This document shows positions 18,206 through 28,787 of a stretch of DNA of 64,000 bases, one piece after another. The stretch comes from Bdellovibrionales bacterium (lineage in GTDB: Bacteria; Bdellovibrionota; UBA1018; CAIMNF01), in assembly GCA_040380025.1 (NCBI GenBank), contig JBEIJY010000004.1:32001-96000 (forward strand), read 5' to 3'. A program made the position numbers and the translations under genes. A model generated the notes under the pieces. It ran no database searches. It was not told where the DNA came from and saw only the letters and a program-made list of their open reading frames with translations. Within the stretch, counting starts at the first letter, position 1; each line of letters begins with the position of its first letter.

Positions 18206-19405
18206 TTAGTGGGGCTTTTCGAGACGGGTCAGATCGAGCTTCCAGAGCGCGGGAACACGAAAAACCGTGATCAGAACCGTAAGGAGCGTCATGGTGCCGC
18301 CAAAGACGACCGAGGGAACGGTGCCCAGGAGCCGCGCGGCGGCGCCGGATTCGAACGCCCCGATTTCGTTCGAAGAACCGATGAAAATCGACGAAACCGA
18401 CCCGATCCGGCCCCGCATGTTCTCGGGCGAGGATAGCTGGAGAATCGCACCCCGCACGACCATGCTGACCGCGTCGAGCGCGCCGCTGACGGCAAGCGCC
18501 GCCCACGAAAGCGCATACGTGCGCGAGAGCCCGAACACGAGAATGCTGATCCCGAACCCGAAAACAGAGCCAACAAGGGCTTTTCCCGCATTCTTCGCGA
18601 CCGGATTCCGGATCAAAAAAAACCCCATGATCATGGCGCCGATCGCCGGCGCGGCCCTGAGCCAGCCAAGTCCGGTCGGACCGACGAACAGCACTTCTGC
18701 CGCGAATACCGGAAGAATCGCGGTGACGCCGCCAAAGAGCACCGCGAACATGTCGAGGCTCATGGACGAGAGCAAAAGCGGACTCCGGAACACATAGCGA
18801 AGCCCCGAGAGGACCTCGTTCAGGAATCGCGGCCGCTCCCCCGAATGGTGCCGTACGGGAACATGCGCATAGCGAACGCGCATCAAAAGGATCGAAGCAA
18901 GAATGAGCCCCGAAACCGAGAGCAGATACGGATACCGATACCCGTGAATCCCGAGCAGAATCCCCGCAAGTCCGGGCCCCACCACTCCTGCGAACTGGAA
19001 CGAGAGCGCCGTATAGGCCGACATGCGCTTGATCTCTTCGCGCGAGACCAGCCTTGGAATGATCGCCCCCATCGAGGGGCCCGAAAAGCTCCGCGCGATT
19101 CCTGTCAAAAGCGCCGCCGCGAACAGCTCACGCGGCGTCGTCGCGTGCCACGAGATCAGCACCGAGAGGAAGCTCACGCCCACCACCGAGCGGTACAAAT
19201 ACAGGGGATTCAGCCGATCGACGAGGTAGCCCGAAAACAGGGCCAAAGAGAGGGCCGGAATCGCCTCGGTGAGCCCGATCAGACCGAGCTTGAGCGGATC
19301 GCGGGTCAGCTCGTACATTTGCCAGCCCATCAGCACCGCCTGGGACTGAACGGCAAGAGAGAACAGAAATCGCGCGCCCGTGGCTTTGAAAAATTCAGGA
19401 TTCAT
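18206..19405 (-). CDS. MFS transporter (EntS/H+ antiporter-like)
   Basis: Twelve TM segments; LDMFAVLFGG and SSNEIGAFESG motifs. Confidence 0.9.
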   Translation of the reverse strand: MNPEFFKATGARFLFSLAVQSQAVLMGWQMYELTRDPLKLGLIGLTEAIPALSLALFSGYLVDRLNPLYLYRSVVGVSFLSVLISWHATTPRELFAAALLTGIARSFSGPSMGAIIPRLVSREEIKRMSAYTALSFQFAGVVGPGLAGILLGIHGYRYPYLLSVSGLILASILLMRVRYAHVPVRHHSGERPRFLNEVLSGLRYVFRSPLLLSSMSLDMFAVLFGGVTAILPVFAAEVLFVGPTGLGWLRAAPAIGAMIMGFFLIRNPVAKNAGKALVGSVFGFGISILVFGLSRTYALSWAALAVSGALDAVSMVVRGAILQLSSPENMRGRIGSVSSIFIGSSNEIGAFESGAAARLLGTVPSVVFGGTMTLLTVLITVFRVPALWKLDLTRLEKPH

Positions 19406-19518
19406 GAAGAGGCTTCAAAATGCCACGGTTTCGCCCGCCCGGCAATCACCCGGCAAATTCTGCCCGTTCAGCTCTGCGTGAGGTCTTCCGAGAGGAAGGC
19501 AGAGAAAGGATTCTCCCC

Positions 19519-20280
19519 ATGCGATTCAATCGAGTCATGCTCTTTGCCGTGGTCCCGATCTTTCTTGCCCTGGTTCCGGCGTGCCGGTTCGGGAACTACT
19601 CCGAACCCCCGAAAAGCATCAAAAACTTCAAAAAAGTGGAGCTCTTCCGGACCCGTCCGTCGAAATTCGAGACCATCGCCATCTACAACGACAACCAATA
19701 CGGTCACAACGACAACGTGCCCCTTTCGGCGATTCCCGCCTCGATTCTCGACAACTTCACCAACCCGGTTTTTCTGGCCGAACCGGTGGCCACGCCGGGA
19801 ATCCAGCTCTTCATCGGCCTGGGCCAGAGCCACTGCATGGCGGACCCCGCGAATTCCTCGTGCATCGGCACGATCATCGATCCCGACGACTCGATCACGG
19901 TCAGCACCTCTTCTGCCTACTCCCAGTTCGGATCCGACCCGGCCTGCACGATGAACCTCGAAATGCAGCAGATCGGCAACCTCGACCGGCGGCAACCGGG
20001 CACGATCACCTACTCGGACGGCTCGACCGGAACAGTGGCCGGCACACTGAATCTTGAGTTCCGCCTGATCCGGAATTTTGAAGGGGACTGCTCGAGAATT
20101 CTCCGGATTCTTGCCGATTGCTACACCTCGGGGGCGGGATGCTCGACCGACGAGCTGTACTGGGCGAACCAGCTCTTTGACCTGTATGTGCGGCAATCGG
20201 GCGCCCTGAAGCTCGAATACGCCGAAAAAATCAAAACTCTGGCCTACATTGCCTATTTTGATTACAGTACGAATCCATGA
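19519..20280 (+). CDS. Hypothetical lipoprotein
   Basis: Signal peptide with VPA-C lipobox; several further Cys; ATGA-coupled to rdgB. Confidence 0.7.
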   Translation: MRFNRVMLFAVVPIFLALVPACRFGNYSEPPKSIKNFKKVELFRTRPSKFETIAIYNDNQYGHNDNVPLSAIPASILDNFTNPVFLAEPVATPGIQLFIGLGQSHCMADPANSSCIGTIIDPDDSITVSTSSAYSQFGSDPACTMNLEMQQIGNLDRRQPGTITYSDGSTGTVAGTLNLEFRLIRNFEGDCSRILRILADCYTSGAGCSTDELYWANQLFDLYVRQSGALKLEYAEKIKTLAYIAYFDYSTNP

Positions 20281-20915
20281 GATCCGCAAACATCGTGGTT
20301 TTGGCTTCTACCAACCGTCACAAGTTCGAGGAATTCAAAGAACTGTTCGCGTCCTGGCCCGAGGTCTCGATCCGCCCGGCACAAGAGCATGTTCGAAACG
20401 CCGACAAGCTCTCGCTCGTCGAGACCTTTGACCAGTATCGCGACAACGCCGTCGCCAAAGCGCGGGCGTGCAACCATGGTTGCCACTACCCCTCGCTTGC
20501 CGATGATTCCGGCCTTGAAGTCGATGCCCTGGGCGGCGCGCCGGGCGCGCGCTCGCACCGGTTTGCGATTCCGAGGGCGGGAGAGCCCCAAGACACGGCG
20601 AACATCAAGAAGCTTCTCGAAGCCCTGAAGGGCGTTCCGGCCGAAAAGCGCGGCGCGCGCTTTGTGTGCCACCTTGCACTCGTGATGGAAGGAAAGCTCG
20701 TCGAAGTCCAGGGCGTGCTCGAGGGCTCGATTGCAAGCGAAGCATCGGGGAACGGCGGATTCGGGTATGATCCGGTGTTCATCCCGAAGGGCGAGACCCG
20801 GACCCTCGCCGAGCTCGGACCGGCGGTGAAGAACAAGATCTCGCACCGTGCGCTCGCGGTGCTCCGGCTGATGGACGAGATCCGGGCGCGCGAGATCGTG
20901 CTGGCGAAGCCGTAG
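20277..20915 (+). CDS. rdgB: Non-canonical purine NTP pyrophosphatase (RdgB/HAM1)
   Basis: ADDSGLEVDALGGAPG, GFGYDPVF and KNKISHR motifs. Confidence 0.95.
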   Translation: MRSANIVVLASTNRHKFEEFKELFASWPEVSIRPAQEHVRNADKLSLVETFDQYRDNAVAKARACNHGCHYPSLADDSGLEVDALGGAPGARSHRFAIPRAGEPQDTANIKKLLEALKGVPAEKRGARFVCHLALVMEGKLVEVQGVLEGSIASEASGNGGFGYDPVFIPKGETRTLAELGPAVKNKISHRALAVLRLMDEIRAREIVLAKP

Positions 20916-20931
20916 GGCTTTTGATCCCCCC

Positions 20932-21549
20932 TCAATAACTATATCGATAATACAGCCACTTCGCGTACTCCATCGCGGTAACCCGGATCGAGTAGGCATC
21001 GCTCCGCCAGGAGTTCCGGCCGAAGGGGCCGGCATCGAGCGTCTCGGTTCTTAAGACCACATGAGGATCAAGCGCACGCCTCAGAATGAACTCGGCCCGC
21101 CTCATATGGTAACTTGCGGTGACGAGAAGAACATTCTTCCACCCCTTTTGGCGCGCAAACGAGGCGAACAACTGGGCGTTCTCGAAGGTGTTCTCGCTCA
21201 CATTCTCGATCACGAGGTTCGAATCATGAAACAGCCGGATCGCCTCCTCGGGCACCTGCTGGCTTCGAAGCGCACTCACGCCGGTGTCGGGACCGACCCC
21301 CGAAAGAAAGAGCACGGGCTCCCGACCCTCGCCCCGCTGTTCGCGGATGCGCCTCCAATGCTCGACCGCCAAGGGAATGCGCCCCTTACCGCCGGCTAGA
21401 ACGACCACCACCTCGATCTCGCGTCCGTCCCGAAAGGGATCGAAACTGTCGCGGTAATCGTAAATCTCTCCTGCCGCGATCCAGACGAATCCGACCGCGG
21501 CAAGAAAGACTCCGGCTACCAACGAAAGGAGCGCGGCGATGAACTTCAT
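20932..21549 (-). CDS. YdcF/ElyC (DUF218) family protein
   Basis: VVVLAGG, ENVSENTFENA and VTASYHMRRA motifs. Confidence 0.9.
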   Translation of the reverse strand: MKFIAALLSLVAGVFLAAVGFVWIAAGEIYDYRDSFDPFRDGREIEVVVVLAGGKGRIPLAVEHWRRIREQRGEGREPVLFLSGVGPDTGVSALRSQQVPEEAIRLFHDSNLVIENVSENTFENAQLFASFARQKGWKNVLLVTASYHMRRAEFILRRALDPHVVLRTETLDAGPFGRNSWRSDAYSIRVTAMEYAKWLYYRYSY

Positions 21550-21553
21550 CGGA

Positions 21554-21937
21554 TCACTGTTTTACGGCGATCACTTCGATTTCGACGAGCACGTCTTTCG
21601 GGAGCCGCGCCACTTCGACTGTCGAACGCGCCGGGAACGGGGGAATGAAGCTCTCGGCGTAGATCGCATTCACTTTCGGGAAATCCCCCATGTTCTTCAA
21701 GAAAATGGTCGTCTTCACGACATTGCCGAAACCCAATCCGGCCTGCTTCAGCACGGCCGAGATGTTCTTCATGACCTGATGGGTCTGCGCCTCGACATTC
21801 CCCTCGCCCACGATGGCTCCGCTTGCGGGATCGGACCCGACTTGTCCCGAGCAAAACACAAAGTTGCCGACTTCAATCGCTTGGGCATAAGGTCCGATCG
21901 GTGCGGGTGCGTTCTGGGTCAGAATTTCTTTTTTCAT
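21554..21937 (-). CDS. ridA: RidA/YjgF family deaminase
   Basis: APAPIGPYAQA and PARSTVEVARLPKDVLVEIE motifs. Confidence 0.93.
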   Translation of the reverse strand: MKKEILTQNAPAPIGPYAQAIEVGNFVFCSGQVGSDPASGAIVGEGNVEAQTHQVMKNISAVLKQAGLGFGNVVKTTIFLKNMGDFPKVNAIYAESFIPPFPARSTVEVARLPKDVLVEIEVIAVKQ

Positions 21938-21939
21938 TT

Positions 21940-24231
21940 CTACAGTTCCTTTCCTTCTCTGCGGGCATTGTACACTTCAAAGGCGGTGATTGCCGCCATA
22001 TTCACGATGTCGTTCACATCCGATCCGCGCTGGAGCACGCAGACCGGCTTGTTCATCCCGACCAGAATCGGGCCGATGGCCTCGACTCCGCCCATGCGCC
22101 AAACGAGCTTGTAGGCGATGTTCGCCGCATGAAGATTCGGGAAGATCAGGATGTTCGCATCACCGGGAACCTGATTGAACGGGAAGCTCTCGGACGAGAT
22201 GTCGGGCTTCAGGGCCGTATCGGCTTGCATCTCTCCGTCCACGATGAGCCCGGGATGGCGCTCGCGCAGGATTTTCACGGCATTTCGGGGCGCGTGGGTT
22301 GCGGGGTGATCGTTCGAGCCAAAGTTCGAGAACGACAGCATCGCGACTCTGGGCTCGGTACCGGTCGAGGTCTTGACGAGCTCGGCCGTGGTGGCGGCGA
22401 TGTTCGCAAGCGCCTCGGCATCGGGCTCGACATTGATGGTGGTATCGGCGAACCAGTAGGTCTTCTTTTTGTTCGCGATCATGTAAATTCCGGCCAGGGT
22501 CTTGCCGGGCTTCACGCCGATCACCTGGAGCGCGGGCTTCAGGGTATCAGGATAGCTCTGGGCGATCCCGCCGATGGTTCCATCGGCAAGGCCCTCCTCG
22601 ACCATCATCGCCGCAAAGTAGGTGCTTTGCTTCATGAGGACCTCGGCATTGGCGAGGGTCACCCCCTTGCGCTGGCGCTTCTGAAAAAACCGCTCGGCAA
22701 AGCGCGGCAGAAGCTCGCTTTGCGAGGGCCGGATGATCTGCACGCCGTCGAGCGCGTCCTCGAGCCCGAGACGCACGATCTCGGCGCGGATTTTCTCGGG
22801 GTTTCCGAGCAGAATCGGCTCGCAGACATTGTCATCGCGGACGATCTTCGCCGCATGCAGGATTTTTTGATGCTCGCCTTCGGGGAACACGAGCGTGATT
22901 TTGCGCCCGAGGTCGCGCTCGGCCTTGCGCACCTGCTTGCGGACGAACCGCATGGCCGTATAGGTGAATCCCAAAAAGCTCTCGAGCTTCTCGCGGTAGG
23001 CCTTGGTGTCGATCGTGATCCGCGCCACACCCGAATCCATCGCGGCTTGCGCCACGGCGGGAGCCACATACAACAGCGCACGCCGGTCGAAGGGTTTCGG
23101 AATCAGATAATCGCGGCCGAACTTGAACTGCTGACCGCCATAGGCGCGCGAAACATACTCGGGCACGTCTTCTTTTGCGAGCTGGGCCAGCGCCTTCACG
23201 GCGGCCATCTTCATCTCTTCGTTGATCGCCATCGCGCGCGTATCGAGCGCGCCACGGAAGATGAACGGAAAGCCCAGCACGTTGTTCACCTGGTTCGGAT
23301 AATCCGAACGGCCCGTGGCGATGATCGCATCGGTCCGGACGCTCAGGATCTCTTCGGGAAGGATCTCGGGCTCGGGGTTCGCCATCGCAAAAATGATCGG
23401 GTCGCGATTCATCTTCGCGACCATTTCTTTGGTCACGATGCCCTTCACCGAAACTCCGACGAATGCGTCGGCGCCGTCCAAGGCTTCGCCCACCGTGCGT
23501 TTGTGGGTCTCGACCGCGAAGCGGTCTTTATAGGGATTCATCCCCTCGGTGCGGCCCTTGTAAATCACACCCTTCGAATCGCACATGATGATGTTCGAGC
23601 GCTTCACGCCGAGGTTGATGTACAGGTTCGCGCATGCGATCGCGGCCGCGCCGCCTCCGCAGAACACGACCTTCATGTCTTCGATCTTTTTGTTCACAAG
23701 CTCGAGTGCATTCAAGAAGGCCGCGCCGCTGATCACCGCCGTGCCGTGCTGGTCGTCGTGGAACACGGGGATTTTGAGCCGTTTTTTTAACTCTTCTTCG
23801 ATGTAAAAGCACTCGGGCGCCTTGATGTCCTCGAGGTTGATCCCCCCGAAGGTGGGTTCGAGCATCTCGCAGGCCCGGATCACATCGTCCGGATTCGGGG
23901 CGTTCAGCTCGATATCGAACACGTCGATGTCGGCGAACTTCTTGAAGAGAATGCCCTTTCCCTCCATCACGGGCTTCGAGGCCTGGGCCCCGATGTTCCC
24001 GAGTCCCAGAACCGCCGTTCCGTTCGAAACCACCGCCACGAGGTTGCCCTTGGTGGTGTACTCGTAGGCCAAGTTCGGGTCTTCTGCGATCTTCACGCAG
24101 GGTTCCGCGACACCCGGGCTGTAGGCAAGAGAGAGATCCTTCTGGGTGGTGACCGCTTTGGTGGGAATGACTTCGATCTTTCCCTTGCGGCCACTGGAGT
24201 GGTACTCGAGCGACTCTTTGTAGATTGACAT
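21940..24231 (-). CDS. maeB: NADP-dependent malic enzyme with PTA domain
   Basis: DLSLAYSPGVA, FHDDQHGTA and NQVNNVLGFP motifs; C-terminal phosphotransacetylase domain (DGEMQAD). Confidence 0.96.
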   Translation of the reverse strand: MSIYKESLEYHSSGRKGKIEVIPTKAVTTQKDLSLAYSPGVAEPCVKIAEDPNLAYEYTTKGNLVAVVSNGTAVLGLGNIGAQASKPVMEGKGILFKKFADIDVFDIELNAPNPDDVIRACEMLEPTFGGINLEDIKAPECFYIEEELKKRLKIPVFHDDQHGTAVISGAAFLNALELVNKKIEDMKVVFCGGGAAAIACANLYINLGVKRSNIIMCDSKGVIYKGRTEGMNPYKDRFAVETHKRTVGEALDGADAFVGVSVKGIVTKEMVAKMNRDPIIFAMANPEPEILPEEILSVRTDAIIATGRSDYPNQVNNVLGFPFIFRGALDTRAMAINEEMKMAAVKALAQLAKEDVPEYVSRAYGGQQFKFGRDYLIPKPFDRRALLYVAPAVAQAAMDSGVARITIDTKAYREKLESFLGFTYTAMRFVRKQVRKAERDLGRKITLVFPEGEHQKILHAAKIVRDDNVCEPILLGNPEKIRAEIVRLGLEDALDGVQIIRPSQSELLPRFAERFFQKRQRKGVTLANAEVLMKQSTYFAAMMVEEGLADGTIGGIAQSYPDTLKPALQVIGVKPGKTLAGIYMIANKKKTYWFADTTINVEPDAEALANIAATTAELVKTSTGTEPRVAMLSFSNFGSNDHPATHAPRNAVKILRERHPGLIVDGEMQADTALKPDISSESFPFNQVPGDANILIFPNLHAANIAYKLVWRMGGVEAIGPILVGMNKPVCVLQRGSDVNDIVNMAAITAFEVYNARREGKEL

Positions 24232-24273
24232 GATCTTTGCTTTCCTTAGGGGAGAGAAGGTAGGATAAAAGAG

Positions 24274-25581
24274 ATGGAAACTCAAGTATCGGTTTGGTCG
24301 GCCACACGAGCGATGATTTTGATTTCACTCGGGCTCACCACGATCATAGGTCCGGCACACGCTCACACCATGCTGAGGCCTTTCCAGAACCGGACGGCCT
24401 CGCATTCGGGTGCGTTTTTGGATCCTCGAGTCGGTTTTTTTTCGACCTCTGAGAACTTCAACCAATCCGGAACCCGGACACCGGTCGCAGATCAGGTCAC
24501 GAACACGCGGATCACGCTCGACGTAAACCTGACCTACGGAGTGACCGATGATTGGTTCCTCTTCGGGCGGATCTCTTCGCTCTCGAGCCGAATCTCGAAT
24601 CCCGCCGGGACCGGCGAACGATCGGCCTTCAATCTTTCAGACCAGCTGATCGGAAGCTCCTTCCGGGTGTTGAGCGACTCGGCGTTTTCGTTGAACGTGC
24701 AAGCGGAGCTCACCCTCCCCGCCTACAGCAACGAAAGTGCGGCCCTGTCTGGCTCGCCCTACATGGGAGACGGTACGATCGATGTGACGGGCGGCCTCTT
24801 TGCCGAGATCCCCGTCGACTCGGCGGGGGAACTGCTGGTCGAGATCGGCGGAGGCTACACGCACCGCTCGAAGGGATTTTCTTCGGCCATTCCGTGGAGT
24901 GCGCTGTTCAAGCGGGACCCGGTTCGAAGCGGATTTTTGTTCGAGGCCGGAATGATGGGCCAGGTCTCGCTCAATACCGATGCGAATGCGACCCAAGGCA
25001 CCCTCCTTGCAGCCTCGGCGGTGGAGCGTGCGCGCGGAGCCGGGATGCTGGGAGGATCGGACGGAAGCTATCTTCTGCAAGGGATCAATCCCGCCTTTTT
25101 GATGATTGCCGCAAAGGCCGGATTCAAAACGAAGTCCGGCACCGGATTCTATGCGAGCGGAGCGTTTCCGATCTCGGGAACGAATGTTCCGTTCGGGGTT
25201 TCTGCCACGATCGGCGCGTTGTTTGACCTCTCGGCCCCTGCGGCCCGGGCCGAAGAGACCATGCCCGCGAAGAATGCCGCTCGATCCCGCCCCGGCACGC
25301 GCGTGCTCCTGACTCCCGAACGACGATTCCGCTCGTATGATCTCGAAGCGAAAGTCACCTCGTACAACGACTCGCTCTACTTGGTGAAGATCGACAAGGG
25401 AGCGGCGGAGATGGTCGAGAACGGACAGCTTTTTGACATCTTTTCGGGAACGGGACAAGAGCCCATCGCCCGGGCGCAGGTGTCGTATGTCAGGGCTGAC
25501 GAGGCGGCATTGACCGTGTTAGAATATTATCAAGACACTTGGATTGAAAAAGGCTCGATCGCCCGACGCGTGGTCCGCTGA
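24274..25581 (+). CDS. Secreted, probable outer-membrane beta-barrel with a C-terminal FlgT_C-like domain
   Basis: Signal peptide, alternating beta-strand pattern, Ala/Pro linker, then a KIDKG...GQLFDI domain. Confidence 0.55.
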   Translation: METQVSVWSATRAMILISLGLTTIIGPAHAHTMLRPFQNRTASHSGAFLDPRVGFFSTSENFNQSGTRTPVADQVTNTRITLDVNLTYGVTDDWFLFGRISSLSSRISNPAGTGERSAFNLSDQLIGSSFRVLSDSAFSLNVQAELTLPAYSNESAALSGSPYMGDGTIDVTGGLFAEIPVDSAGELLVEIGGGYTHRSKGFSSAIPWSALFKRDPVRSGFLFEAGMMGQVSLNTDANATQGTLLAASAVERARGAGMLGGSDGSYLLQGINPAFLMIAAKAGFKTKSGTGFYASGAFPISGTNVPFGVSATIGALFDLSAPAARAEETMPAKNAARSRPGTRVLLTPERRFRSYDLEAKVTSYNDSLYLVKIDKGAAEMVENGQLFDIFSGTGQEPIARAQVSYVRADEAALTVLEYYQDTWIEKGSIARRVVR

Positions 25582-25610
25582 CGCGCAGGCAAGGCCAAAA
25601 GGGGGCAGGA

Positions 25611-26402
25611 ATGGTCGGTTCGCTGGGAATTCGGAGCAAAAAATTCGCACTCGCACTGGCGTGGATTCTGGCGGGCCTCTCGTTCGCGCTCCCCGCGACG
25701 GCGGGCAAATGGTCGAACCAGTTCGTCGAGTTCGAGCTTCCCGCCTCGTGGGTTTGCCTGCTCGAAGGAACCGAGTGGGTCTGCCAGAACCAGCTCGATG
25801 CAGACAAAAAAAAGGAAGCGATCATCATCCTCGCCGCGAAAATCCAGGGCGATCAGGACACGCTCGATCAGTATCTTTCGTATCTGAAGAGCCCGAAGAC
25901 CTACACCAACTCGCAGGGCAAATCGATCACCTCGGAAGTGAAGGTTGCGCAGAATCGCACGATCCATGAGCATCCGTGGGTGGACTCGCTCCATGTCGAC
26001 TCCGAAGTCCAGGGGTTCTACACCCGCTACCTCGCGACCGTGAAGCAAGGTCTCGGAATTCTCGTGACCTACTCGGTGAACAAGAACAAATACTCCGAAT
26101 ACAGCGGCATGTTCGAAGACATGGTGAAGTCGCTGAAGGCCTTCCGGCGCGAGGGCGGACTGAACGCCGCACCAGCCACCTCGAATCTGTTCGGCTCGGC
26201 GAAGATCCCGACCGGGATTTCGAACGACACTGTGTTCGATCCCGTTGCCGGAGCAACCGACGAGAAGCCGAAACCCGTCAAAAAGGCCGGACTCGAAGGA
26301 CTGCTTGAGGATCTCATGGCGGATCCGTTGCTGTTTTACGGTTCGATCGGCGTGGTGGCGATCCTGTTGCTCACCGCCCTGAAGAAGAAGCGCAATTCCT
26401 GA
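25611..26402 (+). CDS. Secreted hypothetical protein with C-terminal membrane anchor
   Basis: Signal peptide, W.C...W.C motif, C-terminal TM helix and basic tail. Confidence 0.7.
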   Translation: MVGSLGIRSKKFALALAWILAGLSFALPATAGKWSNQFVEFELPASWVCLLEGTEWVCQNQLDADKKKEAIIILAAKIQGDQDTLDQYLSYLKSPKTYTNSQGKSITSEVKVAQNRTIHEHPWVDSLHVDSEVQGFYTRYLATVKQGLGILVTYSVNKNKYSEYSGMFEDMVKSLKAFRREGGLNAAPATSNLFGSAKIPTGISNDTVFDPVAGATDEKPKPVKKAGLEGLLEDLMADPLLFYGSIGVVAILLLTALKKKRNS

Positions 26403-26427
26403 TCATCCGATCCGGATCACTTCTCGA

Positions 26428-27759
26428 TCACTTCTCGAACACCGGCGGGACTCCGGTGATCCGGGCGGACTCCGCGCGGATCCGGGCCATCGCCTCGCGC
26501 CCCCGCGGTTTTTTTCCGAGCACCAGAATTGAAGGATCCGAACCGCGAATCCACTCCTGCACTACCTTTGCCGTGTCTGCCACCCGGATCTTCGAGACGG
26601 CCTGATGGTAGCCTTTCAGCGTCACCCCTCGTTTGAAGAACAGCTCGGAGGTCGAGATCGCCATCATGCGGGACTCGGAGCTTTCGAGCGAGAGCTCGAA
26701 AGAATAAATCAGGCTGTCTTTGATCCGCTTCAGGTCCTTGGTCGGGATCCCGGCGCGCGCCACACGGGCGAGCTCGGAGTGGAACACGCGAATGGCATCG
26801 AGTGCGTTCTCGGTCCGGACTCCGGCGTAAATCGTGAACACGGCGGTGTCGAGGAACTGGATCGAGTTCGCATACACCGTGTAAGCCCAGCCCTTTTTTT
26901 CGCGGATCTCGTCGAACAGGACCGAACTCATGCCGCCGCCCAGATACTGCTGGACCATCGTCGAGATCACGCGCTCTTTTTGATTGCGAAGGGGCGTATG
27001 GAGCCCGTACACCACGTGGGCCTGTTCGGCGTCCTGATCGACCCACCACAAACCGGGGGTCGTGCTCTCGGGCGGGTTCACTCCCCATGCGGGCTTCAGG
27101 CCCGAAGGATTCCCCCGGCCCGGCCAATGGAATTCTCCGATCAGGGCGAATTCCCGTTTCGCCCGCTCAAACCCGATGTCGCCCGAAACGGCGATGACCA
27201 TATTCTCGGGCCGGTACTGCTGATGAAAAAACCGGAGCACTTTCTCGCGGTCCAAGGACTCCACGCTCTCGACGGTTCCGAGAATGTTCCGTCCGAGCGG
27301 GTGTTTGCCGAAGGTTTTTTCGAGAAACCGGTCGAAGGCGTCTTCTTCGGGGTTTTCGCGGGTCATCGCGATCTCCTGAATCACCACCTGCCGCTCGCGC
27401 TCGATTTCTTTTTTTGCGAAGAGCGGCTTGAAGAGGATTTCTTTCAGCAACGAGGCGCCGAGCGCCGTCTCTTGCCGGGGCAGATAAAAATGAAAACAAG
27501 TGTGTTCGCGCGAGGTGAAGGCATTGAAGTCGCCTCCCACCCGATCGACCGCCTTCGAGATCTCGGTCGCGCCGCGGCGCTCACTGCCCTTGAAGATCAT
27601 GTGCTCCAAGAAATGGCACATCCCGGCAGAGTCCGGGTCTTCGTACCGGGTGCCGGTCTTGACCCAGGCGCCGATCGCGATCGAACGGAGCTCTCGCGCC
27701 TCGTCGACGATGAGAGTTAAACCATTCGAATAGATATGTTTTTTCGCTTCCCGGCGCAT
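26428..27759 (-). CDS. M16 family zinc peptidase (pitrilysin-like)
   Basis: HFLEH inverted zinc motif, NAFTSRE and GGMSSVLFDEIRE motifs. Confidence 0.93.
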   Translation of the reverse strand: MRREAKKHIYSNGLTLIVDEARELRSIAIGAWVKTGTRYEDPDSAGMCHFLEHMIFKGSERRGATEISKAVDRVGGDFNAFTSREHTCFHFYLPRQETALGASLLKEILFKPLFAKKEIERERQVVIQEIAMTRENPEEDAFDRFLEKTFGKHPLGRNILGTVESVESLDREKVLRFFHQQYRPENMVIAVSGDIGFERAKREFALIGEFHWPGRGNPSGLKPAWGVNPPESTTPGLWWVDQDAEQAHVVYGLHTPLRNQKERVISTMVQQYLGGGMSSVLFDEIREKKGWAYTVYANSIQFLDTAVFTIYAGVRTENALDAIRVFHSELARVARAGIPTKDLKRIKDSLIYSFELSLESSESRMMAISTSELFFKRGVTLKGYHQAVSKIRVADTAKVVQEWIRGSDPSILVLGKKPRGREAMARIRAESARITGVPPVFEK

Positions 27760-27809
27760 TCAACTTTCCACTATCTATGATATCCTCCGGTCCGCAACAG
27801 GAAAAACCG

Positions 27810-28787
27810 ATGGCGAAACGCCCGAAGCCAAAATCTCCTCCAGAATCCGCACCTTCCGCCCCGGCGGACCACTCCGCCGAAGGCGCTTTGCCTGTCGTAT
27901 ATAATCCCTATGACCCGACCGTCCTCGAGGGCGCGTCGAAAACGCTCATTCCGAGCGACCCGCTCAAGCGCTACCTTGCCGAGATCCGGAACTCCCCCGT
28001 GCTGACCGCCGAGCAGGAGCAAGCCCTGGCAATCCGGATGCGCGACCAGGGCGACCTGGTCGCGGCGAAGCTTCTGGTTTCGGCGAATCTCAAGAACGTG
28101 GTCCGGATCGCCTACGAATACCGCTCGATGTACCACAACCTGCTCGACCTGATTCAAGAGGGGAACATCGGGCTCATGCGGGCGGTCTCGAAGTTCGACC
28201 CCGAAAAGGGCGTGCGTCTGGGCTATTACGCCACTTGGTGGATTCGCTCCTATATTTTGAAGTACCTGCTCGATAACTTCAGGCTCGTGCGGGTGGGTAC
28301 CTCGCACGCGCAAAAAAAGCTCTTTTACCACCTGATGCGCGAGAAACAGCGCCTTGAGGCGCAGGGAATCCGCGCGGCACCGGCGCTTCTGGCGCAGAAC
28401 CTCGACGTGAAAGAAAAAGACGTGATCGAGATGGAGCAGCGGCTCCTCTCGTCGGGCGCGGAGGTTTCGATCGACGCGCCGGCCCCGGGCCACCCGGACG
28501 AACCGAATACGGCTTTGTTGAATTCCCTTTTTGACTCAAGCGAAGCGACTGACTCGGTGTTGGAGCGGGATGAGCTCCTTCGGATCCTCTCGCGCGAGCT
28601 CCCGAAGTTCACCTCGGAGCTGAACGAAAAAGAAAAAATGGTCCTGAACGCCCGCCTGCTCTCGGAAGAGCCGAAGACTCTGCAAGAGGTGGCCGACGAA
28701 TTCGGACTGACCCGCGAGCGGGTCCGGCAGATCGAGGCCCGTCTGATCGAAAAGCTCAAGAAGCGCCTTGAGCCGTTTTTGGGGTGA
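27810..28787 (+). CDS. rpoH: RNA polymerase sigma factor, RpoH/sigma32 family
   Basis: DLIQEGNIGLMRAV, YATWWIR, RpoH-box-like QKKLFYHL and region 4 TRERVRQIE; alternative start at 27777. Confidence 0.85.
   Translation: MAKRPKPKSPPESAPSAPADHSAEGALPVVYNPYDPTVLEGASKTLIPSDPLKRYLAEIRNSPVLTAEQEQALAIRMRDQGDLVAAKLLVSANLKNVVRIAYEYRSMYHNLLDLIQEGNIGLMRAVSKFDPEKGVRLGYYATWWIRSYILKYLLDNFRLVRVGTSHAQKKLFYHLMREKQRLEAQGIRAAPALLAQNLDVKEKDVIEMEQRLLSSGAEVSIDAPAPGHPDEPNTALLNSLFDSSEATDSVLERDELLRILSRELPKFTSELNEKEKMVLNARLLSEEPKTLQEVADEFGLTRERVRQIEARLIEKLKKRLEPFLG

Noticed and set aside
21823..23790. 655-aa + strand ORF
   Set aside because: Antisense shadow of maeB caused by GC-rich codon bias; no recognisable motifs.
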